33,591 nucleotides of DNA from a virus (Duplodnaviria > Caudoviricetes). The translations under genes were made by a program, and so were the position numbers. Below, in pieces: positions 24,610 through 33,591 of this stretch (the stretch's first letter is position 1; every line of letters starts with the position of its first letter). Under the pieces are notes generated by a model. The model did not search any database, was not told the DNA's origin, and was given only the letters and a program-made list of their open reading frames with translations. The stretch is taken from the IMG/VR virus record IMGVR_UViG_3300022867_000039, positions 1 through 33,591 of that record; one strand, 5' to 3'.

Positions 24610-25201
24610 CTATTTTTTTTTTAATGTTTAAATAGTATTTTTTTAAAGATATGGATATTTTATTTTTAGTACTTAAAGAAAGTGGTTTTCTTTTTATTGG
24701 ATCTCTATTTTTTGCGAAGAACGACAATTTATCTCTCATTTGTTTAGTCCAAACTCTTGTTTTATTACTTAAAGATAAGTCTGGTCTTTTCCTACCTAAG
24801 TTTAAAATTCTAATTTTTTCTTTGGTTTCATCAGTATGTTTTCTACCTTTAAAATATAATGATATTTTTTTCTTATGTTCTTCTGTAAGTTTTCTACCTT
24901 TTACTCCACCTCCATCTAAACCATTTTCATGAATAAGATTTGCAAACTTATTACTATTAACAACATCATAAAAATGTGACCAATAAAGTGCTTTTTTGGA
25001 AAAGTTTTTTTTACTTGTTCCTTTATAAAGTATTTTTGTTTTAATATTATTACCATGTACTTTTAAATGTCTTTTCCAATATTTACCAGAACCTTTATAC
25101 TTAAAAGGCGTATATCTTATATTATCTGATCTTTCTGTAAATTTACAAAGATAATTTAAATTGGTTATGTTATGAGTTTTAATTAATAAATAATATTGCA
25201 T
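24599..25201 (-). mobile_element. Free-standing GIY-YIG/Seg-like homing endonuclease with NUMOD3 repeats
   Basis: Degenerate YYL...YLC, Y.GSG..W...L..HG core; GRKLTEEHKKKIS and KGRKHTDETKEKI NUMOD3 motifs. Confidence 0.75.
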
Positions 25202-25581
25202 TATTTCTTTTTAAATAAATCTAAACTTGGTTTTAATCCGTATATGCTGGAGAATATTCCGACAGTTAGCCAAACATACCAATCAGGTAGGTTATTAAAA
25301 TATTCAAAGAATAAATCTAATTTTTCTTTAGCATTTGGAGTACCAGAGAATACAGAATAAGAAATAACAATAATAGGTAGTATAACAATGAATAAAACAA
25401 TTTCATCTTTAATTCCTTGATTTTGATTATCCATGACTTTACCTTGATAAGTAATTTCACCTTTTGCCATTTTTTCTGCATGATTTCTTTCTGCTAAAGC
25501 AACTAAACTTTTTGTTTCTTGTTTTCTTTTATAGACATCTGCACCTGTTTTAAATGCCATTCCCAATAAGTTTAACCACAT
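25201..25581 (-). CDS. Holin-like membrane protein
   Basis: KDE-TM...LP.WY-TM-YG pattern; upstream of the endolysin gene. Confidence 0.65.
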   Translation of the reverse strand: MWLNLLGMAFKTGADVYKRKQETKSLVALAERNHAEKMAKGEITYQGKVMDNQNQGIKDEIVLFIVILPIIVISYSVFSGTPNAKEKLDLFFEYFNNLPDWYVWLTVGIFSSIYGLKPSLDLFKKK

Positions 25582-25589
25582 AATATTTT

Positions 25590-25697
25590 TTACTTTTTAT
25601 AACCTAATCCTGTATCTCTATTATTATATAATTTTTGCCAAGACCAAGAACTTAATTTACTAGAATAATGATAAATAAACAACACTATATGTTTCAT
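25590..25697 (-). CDS. Small hypothetical peptide (35 aa)
   Basis: MKHIVLFIYHYSSKLSSWSWQKLY...; ATGA overlap. Confidence 0.5.
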   Translation of the reverse strand: MKHIVLFIYHYSSKLSSWSWQKLYNNRDTGLGYKK

Positions 25698-25864
25698 ATT
25701 TTATAAGCTTTCTTATCTTTATTGATACCCTTTTTGATTATATAATCTTGAGTACCATTAGCACCTGTCACAACTTCTTTTTTTAAGTTTCTAAAAAGAT
25801 TCATTTCTTTATATTGCTTTTCAAGTTTCTTTTGAAAGTAAAGTAATGTCTTATTATCTCTCAT
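25694..25864 (-). CDS. Small basic hypothetical protein (56 aa)
   Basis: MRDNKTLLYFQKK...GANGTQDYIIKKGIN; TAATG and ATGA overlaps. Confidence 0.6.
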   Translation of the reverse strand: MRDNKTLLYFQKKLEKQYKEMNLFRNLKKEVVTGANGTQDYIIKKGINKDKKAYKI

Positions 25865-26076
25865 TAGACTTGTTCTACTTCTTTACATATAAATTTTGTT
25901 GCTACTTTATTATTATTAATAAAGCTATCTTCTTGTGCAATTATTAATTCCCTAGATATTTCAAATGCAGCAATAGTACATTCTTTCCATGAATTATATT
26001 CTTGCTTTATTTCTACTGGCTCTAAGCATTGATCGTTTATAAAGGAACATAAAAATATTACTAATATAAATTTCAT
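25864..26076 (-). CDS. Cys-containing, possibly secreted small protein (70 aa)
   Basis: Probable start MKFILVIFLCS at 26076 rather than 26127. Confidence 0.6.
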   Translation of the reverse strand: MKFILVIFLCSFINDQCLEPVEIKQEYNSWKECTIAAFEISRELIIAQEDSFINNNKVATKFICKEVEQV

Positions 26077-26162
26077 GGGTAATGACTTACAAGTAATGTA
26101 AATAAAATTAATGCAATAATTAAACAACCAGTAAAATAATAGTTCATATTTAACTCCATAAT

Positions 26163-26267
26163 TTATTTTTTCTTTTTACATCTACATCTAGGTGCAAATA
26201 GATTACCAATATATGCAAAAGCATTATCTATTTTGCTAAAAAACTTTAATAAAAATTTATCAATCAT
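26163..26267 (-). CDS. Small peptide (34 aa)
   Basis: MIDKFLLKFFSKIDNAFAYIGNLFAPRCRCKKKK. Confidence 0.5.
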   Translation of the reverse strand: MIDKFLLKFFSKIDNAFAYIGNLFAPRCRCKKKK

Positions 26268-26586
26268 AATGAAACATCTTTAATTTAATGTTAAGCCTTT
26301 TTTGTTCTTTTGTTGGACTTCTTGAAATTCTGTAAGAACCTTTAGGCTTATTTTTTAAACTTTTGCCTTTTTTGTTTTTTCTAAATGTAGCACACTTTAC
26401 ATCTATCAAGTTTATTTTACCATTCTTATCTACGATTACAAGATCAAATGGACAACTTGGATCAACTGATTTAGCTACCCAATAGCCTTGTCTAGTATAA
26501 TCTGCGATTGTTTGGTATTCCCCTACTGTTCCTTTAATGGAGGTTTTCTTTTGTCTTTCAGAGATTATTTGTTTATCTGATTTCAA
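26260..26586 (-). CDS. PD-(D/E)xK endonuclease (Holliday-resolvase-like)
   Basis: KG..GE.........GY.V.......PFDLV.......LIDVK. Confidence 0.7.
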   Translation of the reverse strand: MKSDKQIISERQKKTSIKGTVGEYQTIADYTRQGYWVAKSVDPSCPFDLVIVDKNGKINLIDVKCATFRKNKKGKSLKNKPKGSYRISRSPTKEQKRLNIKLKMFHYD

Positions 26587-26591
26587 AATAG

Positions 26592-26765
26592 TTATTTAAA
26601 ATAATTATAGCCGCTTGTTATTATTCCTGCTAAAGCTACTAAAATCCATATAGCACCTTTACCTTTATTAATGTCTGCTCTAAGTGATTTGGTTTCACTT
26701 CTTAGTTCTCTTATCTCTTTTACTAAAAAATCTATCTTTACTTCTGTGGCAGATTTTCTAGACAT
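26592..26765 (-). CDS. Coiled coil plus C-terminal TM small protein (XhlA/holin-like, 57 aa)
   Basis: MSRKSATEVKIDFLVKEIRELR...GKGAIWILVALAGII. Confidence 0.6.
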   Translation of the reverse strand: MSRKSATEVKIDFLVKEIRELRSETKSLRADINKGKGAIWILVALAGIITSGYNYFK

Positions 26766-26767
26766 GA

Positions 26768-28864
26768 TTAATCCTGAACCGTATTATTTATAATGTTATT
26801 TTTGTCTTTTTTATAAATACTTTGAAATTGTTGGTAAAGTTCTTTTTCCTCACCTTCACTATCTTTAATAAGACCTCTTAAAAGTTTATCTCCAGCAATA
26901 TATCTAATTGATCTTGGTGCGGTAATATCAAGAGATTCAATTGCAAGTTCTACATTTCTAGGACTAGCAAAAAATTTAGATGCTTTTTTTGTCATATAAA
27001 TTAAAGGTATTGATGCAACTGGAGAACTAACTACTCCTGCACCCATTAAAGCACCACCTGCTACAGATTTTACTCCGCCTAACAAAGCTCTCCTTTGTAT
27101 AAATGAACTAACATCAGGCACTTCCATTTGTGAATGATATTTAGAAACAAGTATTAAATCTTTTAATTTTTGTTTATTTAATGAAGTTCCTTTAGTTATA
27201 TTTTCTAAAATATCAGATTGTTTTCTTCCTATTAAACCCAATTCTTCTTCAAGAATATTAGGATTAAAAACTAATCCTTTTAAATCATCTCCTCTTACTG
27301 CTGCTGATGTAAAAGCATTATCAATTACTTTTCTGGAAACTTTAGCAAAATTATCACCACCTATTAATATTCTTAAATCTTTTATAGCTGATGGAGATCC
27401 AGTTTTAATAACATATTTAAATAATTCATCAGACTCTATTGAACCTGGTTTATCAAAGCCTTTATAAAAAATATTTTTATCAGCTTTTAAAAATTGTTGA
27501 GCAGTTGATCTTTGAAAAACTTTAATACCATTAGCATAAAATTTATCTGCATTTTTTAATTCATTTACTAAATTTTTTAAACTTTCCTTACTAACATTTG
27601 GATTAGTTCCAAACGCTGATAAATTATATTTATTAAAATCTCTTAAAGATAATTCTGTTGCTTCAGCAATTTGTGATAATTTAAATACGCCACCCCCATC
27701 TTTCCCTGTTATTCCTTTAGAAAATTCAGCAAGGTCTTTTTTAATTTGTTTTACTTGTGCTGGAGTTACAAAATCTTCCAAATTAGATAAACCTTTGATA
27801 TATTGTTCATAAGCTTTATTAATATTTGCACCTATAGGTTTTTTAACTTGTAATTTAAATTGTCTATTTCTTAAACCTTTAAGACTTGATTTATCAACTG
27901 ATTTAATTAATGGTATATTTTTTCCTTGAACAATTTTTGTTGTAACAGAAATTGGTCTATTTTTTAAAAAATCATCTATTGCTTTTTGAGATTCTTTTCT
28001 TATTTTTTCTGATGGAATAAAAGGTTTATTAATTTTGGCACTTTGTTTATAAAAAACATTATATAAACTAGAAGCAACATTTCTAAATTCTTGATTAGTA
28101 TTTTTAGCTGCATTAAACATATCAACTCCTAATTCTGATAATGTAGCATTTGGTGCTAAATCATTTAAAACTTCATTTTTAACATTAGATATTTGTCTTC
28201 CTCTTGTTTCTGCTGCTCTCCGTATAGGACTACCAACAATAGGAAATACACCAACCACTTTTGAATAACCCCTTCCTATTTTTCCACTAATATCTAAGGG
28301 ATAAACATTTACTCCTATTCTTTTTCCTGCATCATATAATTCTTTTACTTCTTTACTAACCAATTCTCCTTTTCCTCTTTTTGATAATAACCTTGTTACC
28401 ATAGGTTTAAGACCAGGAATTGAAGCAGCTCCTAATGAAAACATACTTTCTCTTTTTATATCTTTAAATGCTTGTTTTGCTGTATCGTCTAAATTTAAAT
28501 TTTCACCTTTAATATAAGATTCTAAAATATCATAAGCTTGTCCTACCCCAGCAGCACCTAAAATTCCACCACCTATTCCACCAACTATTGCACCAGGAAT
28601 CCCTGCAACAGCACCTCCACCCATAGCACCTAATCTTGCACCAGAAGCAAAACCTGCCATTCCACCAGCTGCCAAAGATGTATCTCTTGATTTAAAAGCA
28701 TTTAAAACACCTTCGGTAAATGATTTTGTTTTTTGTTCTTCAGTTTGTGGTTCTTGAGTTTCTTGTTTTTTTAATGCGTTTATTATTGCTTCTTTTTCTG
28801 CTTCATTAGGAGTATTTCCTTGAAGTTGAACATCACCCAATCCATCTATATATACTTGTGCCAT
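26768..28864 (-). CDS. Internal virion / DNA ejection protein (large)
   Basis: 698 aa with Gly/Ala-rich hydrophobic segments; last of an ejectosome-like series. Confidence 0.65.
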   Translation of the reverse strand: MAQVYIDGLGDVQLQGNTPNEAEKEAIINALKKQETQEPQTEEQKTKSFTEGVLNAFKSRDTSLAAGGMAGFASGARLGAMGGGAVAGIPGAIVGGIGGGILGAAGVGQAYDILESYIKGENLNLDDTAKQAFKDIKRESMFSLGAASIPGLKPMVTRLLSKRGKGELVSKEVKELYDAGKRIGVNVYPLDISGKIGRGYSKVVGVFPIVGSPIRRAAETRGRQISNVKNEVLNDLAPNATLSELGVDMFNAAKNTNQEFRNVASSLYNVFYKQSAKINKPFIPSEKIRKESQKAIDDFLKNRPISVTTKIVQGKNIPLIKSVDKSSLKGLRNRQFKLQVKKPIGANINKAYEQYIKGLSNLEDFVTPAQVKQIKKDLAEFSKGITGKDGGGVFKLSQIAEATELSLRDFNKYNLSAFGTNPNVSKESLKNLVNELKNADKFYANGIKVFQRSTAQQFLKADKNIFYKGFDKPGSIESDELFKYVIKTGSPSAIKDLRILIGGDNFAKVSRKVIDNAFTSAAVRGDDLKGLVFNPNILEEELGLIGRKQSDILENITKGTSLNKQKLKDLILVSKYHSQMEVPDVSSFIQRRALLGGVKSVAGGALMGAGVVSSPVASIPLIYMTKKASKFFASPRNVELAIESLDITAPRSIRYIAGDKLLRGLIKDSEGEEKELYQQFQSIYKKDKNNIINNTVQD

Positions 28865-29958
28865 TAATATGCCTCAAATTCACCAGTTTTTGGATTAAGT
28901 TTTAATCTTTTTTTTTCACCTTTATTTATACCAACATCTAATAAACTTTGATAAGATGTTACATAAGTATTCATTAATGCTTGTACTTCTTTTAATCTAT
29001 TTTTAACTTCCTCAGATCCTGTTAAACCTGTTAATTTCACTATCTTTTTAGCATCCTGTATTTGAACATTTGTTATTTTTTGACCTGGATATAATACTTT
29101 AGCGAAACCAGATGCTATTGTATTTTCTAAAGCATTAATTGTTGGTATATTAGGATCAAAAATAAAATCTTTACCCATTCCTTCTGGTAAAAGATTTTCA
29201 ACATCTATATTAAGATCTTTTAATAAAGTTCCTATTTGATTACCTTTTTTTCTTATTGTACCAACACCACCTGATAAAGTTGGATCTTCATCAATTTGTA
29301 AAATAACTCTACCTAACTGATCTGCTATATTACCAACAAAATTTACATCCTCTACTAATGCATCTCTCTTACCTGGAGAAATAACACCACCCATCATTTG
29401 AGTCATAGCTTGAGCGGCACTATCTGTTTTTATAGTTTGTGCTTTAATAAAATTATTAAATTCTGGAGTTCCTGGAGTTAAACCAATTTCTAAAGCTACC
29501 TTATATGCACTTGATCTTTTACCTTCAGCGTTCATAGTTGCTAATTCTTTTTTTGCAATAAAGTCAAAAGCTTTGTCAGGATTTGCTTCCATTAAAGCTC
29601 TTATTGTACTTCCTTCAGGTAATGTTTTTTTATATTTATCTACAAATTCTTGAGATTTTTTTCTTTGACTCATTTGATCTAAAAAAGCAGATGTTTGAGA
29701 AGTTTGAGTTATAGCAGGAAGTAATGATGAAATAGGATCTTTACCTTGAATACCTTGACTAAAAATAGAAGCACCTAATAAAGCTGATTGAGGTATATTA
29801 TTTAAAAGTCCACCTTCTTGATTATTCATTTTTTGAAAATCTATTAATCCACCTGCACCAGATTGACCACCTTGACCAAATAAACCTTGAGTTCCTTGAC
29901 CACCATCAACACCTGCTGTTCCTGTCATATATTTTCTGTATAAATCTAAAAATGCCAT
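28864..29958 (-). CDS. Internal virion / DNA ejection protein
   Basis: 364 aa, Gly/Gln-rich N-terminus, synteny. Confidence 0.6.
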   Translation of the reverse strand: MAFLDLYRKYMTGTAGVDGGQGTQGLFGQGGQSGAGGLIDFQKMNNQEGGLLNNIPQSALLGASIFSQGIQGKDPISSLLPAITQTSQTSAFLDQMSQRKKSQEFVDKYKKTLPEGSTIRALMEANPDKAFDFIAKKELATMNAEGKRSSAYKVALEIGLTPGTPEFNNFIKAQTIKTDSAAQAMTQMMGGVISPGKRDALVEDVNFVGNIADQLGRVILQIDEDPTLSGGVGTIRKKGNQIGTLLKDLNIDVENLLPEGMGKDFIFDPNIPTINALENTIASGFAKVLYPGQKITNVQIQDAKKIVKLTGLTGSEEVKNRLKEVQALMNTYVTSYQSLLDVGINKGEKKRLKLNPKTGEFEAY

Positions 29959-30740
29959 TATATTAATCCTCTTGTTGTTAAATAATCTTTGTAAGGGTTG
30001 CCTGCCATATTTGTACTACTGTATGAGCCATAGGGTGCTTGTGAGTAGCCGAATTGTTGACTTGGTGTACTTATACCCAATATATTATTTATGTTACTTT
30101 TAGCATTATTATAACTTGTTTCAAGACTAGATGAAAGAGAAGATGTTGGTTGATTGGCAAAATATTGATTGACCATAGATTGTGGTGCTACTTGACCTGT
30201 CATAGCAAATGGCAATTGAGATATTGCATTATTTATATAATCTTGTTCTCCACCACCTACAGCAGTATTTGTAGTATTTCCATTGCCACCTGTATATCCT
30301 AAAAATTCATAACCTGGTACACCTGACATCATATTTCTAGCTTGATTAGTTTGATATAATGTTTTTAAAGCACCTAGCATTGAAAGATTATATGGATTTG
30401 ATTTTACATTAGCTGAATAATTATCAAAAAAACTTGTAATACTATCTCTATCTTGTGGGGAAACATCTACTTGAGGATCTGGATCACCATAAACAGGATT
30501 TTGTTGTTGATAAGCTATTTCTGCTAATGCTCTTTGAAAACCAGGATCTACTGTATTATCATTACCACCACCATAACTTTGTTCTCTACCAGATTGGTTT
30601 TGTGAAGAATCATAAGAACTAGATCCATATTGAGATTCAGCATCTTGTCTTCCACCACCACCAGAATTATTATTAGAACTACTATTAGAACTACTATTAG
30701 AACTACTACTTGATCCTCCTGAATAATCTCCGATTGGCAT
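29958..30740 (-). CDS. Low-complexity virion-associated protein
   Basis: 260 aa, S/N/G-rich N-terminus encoded partly by a 12-bp repeat x3 at 30671-30706. Confidence 0.55.
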   Translation of the reverse strand: MPIGDYSGGSSSSSNSSSNSSSNNNSGGGGRQDAESQYGSSSYDSSQNQSGREQSYGGGNDNTVDPGFQRALAEIAYQQQNPVYGDPDPQVDVSPQDRDSITSFFDNYSANVKSNPYNLSMLGALKTLYQTNQARNMMSGVPGYEFLGYTGGNGNTTNTAVGGGEQDYINNAISQLPFAMTGQVAPQSMVNQYFANQPTSSLSSSLETSYNNAKSNINNILGISTPSQQFGYSQAPYGSYSSTNMAGNPYKDYLTTRGLI

Positions 30741-30752
30741 AATATATATCCT

Positions 30753-30863
30753 TTAGATTATTATAGAAATAAATAATAAAACAAATAAAACTAAAATATA
30801 TTTAGATGGTTTTTGTTCAATGTTTACTTCAAAGTCGTAAATAATTTTTCTTAGTTTGTCCAT
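30753..30863 (-). CDS. Small membrane peptide (36 aa)
   Basis: MDKLRKIIYDFEVNIEQKPSKYILVLFVLLFISIII; TAATG overlap. Confidence 0.55.
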   Translation of the reverse strand: MDKLRKIIYDFEVNIEQKPSKYILVLFVLLFISIII

Positions 30864-31576
30864 TATAAAAGACCACCTAAGTAACCTAATCCACCACCGA
30901 TTAAAGCACCAGTTCCACCACCGAATGAACCACCTAGCATAGCTCCACCCATAGCAGTTGAGAATGGATTTGATTGTGTGTTTTGTTGAGCAGTAGTTAC
31001 TGGAAAACCAGAAGCTATTGGATTAACTAAATTTGAATATTGCCGTAACGCATTATATGGAGCTAATTGTTCTTGTCTTTGAATATTTTCTAGTTGAGAA
31101 CCTGTTTGAGTTAAACCTGGTATTTGAGTTGCAAGACCTAATTGTCTTCCTCTTTCTTGACCATACTCTTGGAAAGCTAAAGGTAAAGCGGCATTAGCTA
31201 CTTGAGAAACAACTTGGTTTTGCATCATTGGAGAACCTGGTGTTCTACCTGCTCCACTAAATTGTTGTGCTACATTAGTATAAATATCTCCAGCAGTTTG
31301 TTGTAATAAAGGTGATAAAAAAGGATTTAAATATTGTCCACCAAGTGTTGCAGCCATTTGTTGATTTGCAGCTGTACCTAATTGTTCTTGTTGAGCAAGA
31401 CCACTTAATGTTTGTTGTGAGGGAGCTACATAACCTGAAGCACCTACTCCTTGATTATATAAATTACCAGACTCTGATAGTATTTGATTTAATGCTGGTT
31501 GTGCTGGTGCATAAGGTGTTACCCCTTGTGTTGTTGCTGTGTTGCCACCTCCTGATGATCCTCCGCCAAAACTCAT
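30863..31576 (-). CDS. DNA ejection / pilot protein
   Basis: MSFGGGS start, Gln-rich body, Gly-rich hydrophobic C-terminus. Confidence 0.65.
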   Translation of the reverse strand: MSFGGGSSGGGNTATTQGVTPYAPAQPALNQILSESGNLYNQGVGASGYVAPSQQTLSGLAQQEQLGTAANQQMAATLGGQYLNPFLSPLLQQTAGDIYTNVAQQFSGAGRTPGSPMMQNQVVSQVANAALPLAFQEYGQERGRQLGLATQIPGLTQTGSQLENIQRQEQLAPYNALRQYSNLVNPIASGFPVTTAQQNTQSNPFSTAMGGAMLGGSFGGGTGALIGGGLGYLGGLL

Positions 31577-31803
31577 ATTTTATCCTCTTGTTTAATTTGT
31601 TTTATATTTAACACCTTTTGCTGTTGCCTTTGCTCCAGGAATACCTGTGTAGGCATAGTCTTGTGTTAAATTTTGTTTTATCTTTTGATCCTGCATTTGT
31701 TTTTTTAATTTTTTTCTTTGAAATGGACTTAATTTTTCTTTATTTTTAAAAAAATTTACAACTTTACTTGTCATTGATTTTATCCTCTTGTTTAATTTGT
31801 TTT
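31577..31803. repeat. Perfect 27-bp direct repeat, 200 bp apart
   Basis: ATTTTATCCTCTTGTTTAATTTGTTTT at 31577-31603 and 31777-31803. Confidence 0.95.
31592..31774 (-). CDS. Small basic protein inside the direct repeat
   Basis: 60 aa; uses the GAGG RBS within the repeat. Confidence 0.6.
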   Translation of the reverse strand: MTSKVVNFFKNKEKLSPFQRKKLKKQMQDQKIKQNLTQDYAYTGIPGAKATAKGVKYKTN

Positions 31804-32216
31804 TCTAAAACAATATGGGTTTTTTTATACCCATGATTATTATAGACTTTTTGCCAACCTGGTCTAGCTATTAATTCCATCATCTTGCAACCTTCATCTT
31901 TAGCAAATTCTTCAACTCTACTTATTAAGTGTTGCCATTTAGACATTTGCCTTCCAGTCACAATATAGACATGACAGACTTTACCATGTTTTCTTTTTAT
32001 TATTTCAGTAACTACTACACCAAAATATTTATCAGATGTTTGTTTTTCTTTTTTATCCCAAATAACCCAGACTTGAAATTTATCTTCTTTAGCAGTCTCA
32101 AAGACATAATCTGAATCGGTAAGTTGACCTGAATAAGCTAAAGCAGATTTAATATCTTTTTCTACTAATGACCAAACTTTATCAAGTTCTATAATTGGTA
32201 TTCGTACTAATTCCAT
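31764..32216 (-). CDS. GNAT-fold / internal virion protein A-like
   Basis: G..M..W......E.FAK..GC...E..AR.GW pattern; precedes the ejection genes. Confidence 0.6.
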   Translation of the reverse strand: MELVRIPIIELDKVWSLVEKDIKSALAYSGQLTDSDYVFETAKEDKFQVWVIWDKKEKQTSDKYFGVVVTEIIKRKHGKVCHVYIVTGRQMSKWQHLISRVEEFAKDEGCKMMELIARPGWQKVYNNHGYKKTHIVLEKQIKQEDKINDK

Positions 32217-32251
32217 AAATACTATATAAACTAATTAAAATCAATGTATAT

Positions 32252-32590
32252 CTAAGAACTCTTTTCGTCAAATATTTCTAAGTAACTAACCATACCTTCA
32301 ATGGTATCTACTGTTCCTACTTGTATTTTAAGTATATCTGCTGACTCTAAAACAATAGGAGATAATGCAGCATTAACTGTTTCTCCAGAAGATAAATCTT
32401 TATGATATACTTCAAAAGTAGCTGAAGCTGAACTATCAGTTACAGATACTTCTACAAGATTGTTTGAAGCATGTTCATTAGTAATTTGTATATTTTTAAT
32501 AATTGTTGTTCTTCCAGCAGGTACTGTGTAAATAGTTGTAAGATCTGTTGTGCTTATTGCAAACCCTGCGTTTTTATATATATTTGCCAT
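32252..32590 (-). CDS. Virion structural protein (beta-sandwich)
   Basis: MAN.YKN....TTIYTVP...IIK.I...IVLE..D.L motif common in marine phage tail regions. Confidence 0.6.
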   Translation of the reverse strand: MANIYKNAGFAISTTDLTTIYTVPAGRTTIIKNIQITNEHASNNLVEVSVTDSSASATFEVYHKDLSSGETVNAALSPIVLESADILKIQVGTVDTIEGMVSYLEIFDEKSS

Positions 32591-32597
32591 AAATTAT

Positions 32598-32957
32598 TTA
32601 TTTAGGAATATCTGTCTTAACTTTTGATATTCTTGTTTTCCAACTATCAATTCCATTATCATAAATTTCTTCTAGTTGTGTTTCCCAAGCACCATAAGAT
32701 TTTTTTCTTAAATCTAATACTACTCTTGCAACAACTGCATCATTAATTGTTAAACCCCATTCTTGACAATAAGTAAAATCAAATCCAGAAGGTACTGTGT
32801 TTAATAATTGTAATTCAGTAAATGTATCTTTAGCTAATAACAAGAAGGCATCATTACTTGGTGTCTGTGCTATAATTGCAACATCTCTTTGAATAGGGTT
32901 TTCCATTGTTCCAAAAAAGGTTTCCCAGTTACTTGATTCTATTTTATATAATTTCAT
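32598..32957 (-). CDS. Tail-fibre assembly-like protein
   Basis: C-terminal R...Y.....QL..IY..G.D.WK..I..VK...PK motif; downstream of the tail fibre. Confidence 0.55.
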   Translation of the reverse strand: MKLYKIESSNWETFFGTMENPIQRDVAIIAQTPSNDAFLLLAKDTFTELQLLNTVPSGFDFTYCQEWGLTINDAVVARVVLDLRKKSYGAWETQLEEIYDNGIDSWKTRISKVKTDIPK

Positions 32958-33549
32958 CTTCTACTCCTGTTAATGCTATTTTTAATGTTGGGTTTATATT
33001 TCCTTCAAGAATTTTTGTTTCTTTAGGAATCAAACCTATACTCTTTAATGCGTTCCAAGTATAAGGATTACTCATGGCATTTCTTAGTTTAGCTGGTGAT
33101 GGTCTGCCATTGGCAATCATTTCAGCCTGTATTTCTCTACCTATATTGACAGTAAATTCATTTGCAGCATTAGCTTCAAACATTTCTTCATCACTATAAC
33201 CTTTAATTCTTGTAGGTTCTGCAATCACATAAAGTTCTTTTAATAGTTTATTTAAAATTTCAATCTCTTTTTTATTAAGTGCATATGCTTCAGTTGCTGA
33301 TACTTGATGACTTTCAAGTTCCATAATTTCAGCTTTTAATTCCAATATATCTTCTTGCAAACCAGCTTCTTTTTCAAGACGATTTAGTTTTGCTAGTTTA
33401 GCTTGGTATTTTAAATTACCTACTTCTTCTAATACGGCTGCTCTCACCCTACCTTCTAAAAAACCTTTTAAAGTTTTTATCTTTTCCCAAGCCGTATCTC
33501 CTATGACTTGGTATCGGTAGTTAAATTCTGTGTTTAGTTTTGATGCCAT
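32944..33549 (-). CDS. Coiled-coil protein following the tail fibre
   Basis: 201 aa; starts 5 bp after the tail-fibre stop. Confidence 0.65.
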   Translation of the reverse strand: MASKLNTEFNYRYQVIGDTAWEKIKTLKGFLEGRVRAAVLEEVGNLKYQAKLAKLNRLEKEAGLQEDILELKAEIMELESHQVSATEAYALNKKEIEILNKLLKELYVIAEPTRIKGYSDEEMFEANAANEFTVNIGREIQAEMIANGRPSPAKLRNAMSNPYTWNALKSIGLIPKETKILEGNINPTLKIALTGVEDEII

Positions 33550-33554
33550 AAATT

Positions 33555-33591
33555 TTATGCTGTTGTTGAATACCCTGCTGCTGCTAAATAC
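33555..33591 (-). CDS. C-terminal end of the tail fibre gene (continuation across the window edge)
   Basis: Encodes YLAAAGYSTTA-stop, matching the LAAAGY of the 47-aa repeat, and is in frame with position 1. Confidence 0.8.
   Translation of the reverse strand, partial: YLAAAGYSTTA

Noticed and set aside
24651-24932. 93-aa plus-strand ORF
   Set aside because: Antisense mirror of the Lys-rich endonuclease gene.
31312-32114. 99-aa and 61-aa plus-strand ORFs
   Set aside because: Antisense to coherent minus-strand virion genes.

Overview
The window is an apparently near-complete, circularly permuted genome of a low-GC tailed phage with podovirus-like gene content. Gene order and content most resemble HTVC010P-type SAR11/Pelagibacter phages and uvMED marine phages; this comes from recall of the family, not from a search. 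A minus-strand arm runs from ~13990 to 1 and, across the window edge, from 33591 to ~23080. It carries a replication initiator, TerS, TerL, portal, scaffold, major capsid, tail adaptor/nozzle, tail fibre, ejection proteins and lysis genes. A plus-strand early arm (14131-23079) carries small host-takeover ORFs, an HNH nuclease, a DNA methyltransferase, a 2OG-Fe(II) oxygenase, recombination genes and two regulators. I see no DNA polymerase, helicase, primase, integrase, tRNA or CRISPR array. The main unexplained signals are: (1) a structured RNA ahead of terS whose pyrimidine loop is complementary to the AAGGAA-type ribosome-binding sites of early genes, while structural genes use GGAGA; (2) two alphaproteobacterial LexA boxes plus a phage LexA DNA-binding-domain-only protein; (3) a lambda-like iteron origin inside the initiator gene, with a fourth iteron inside its promoter; (4) a PD-(D/E)xK exonuclease apparently split into two genes 2.7 kb apart; and (5) several accessory genes bracketed by duplications of the start/RBS region of the next gene.
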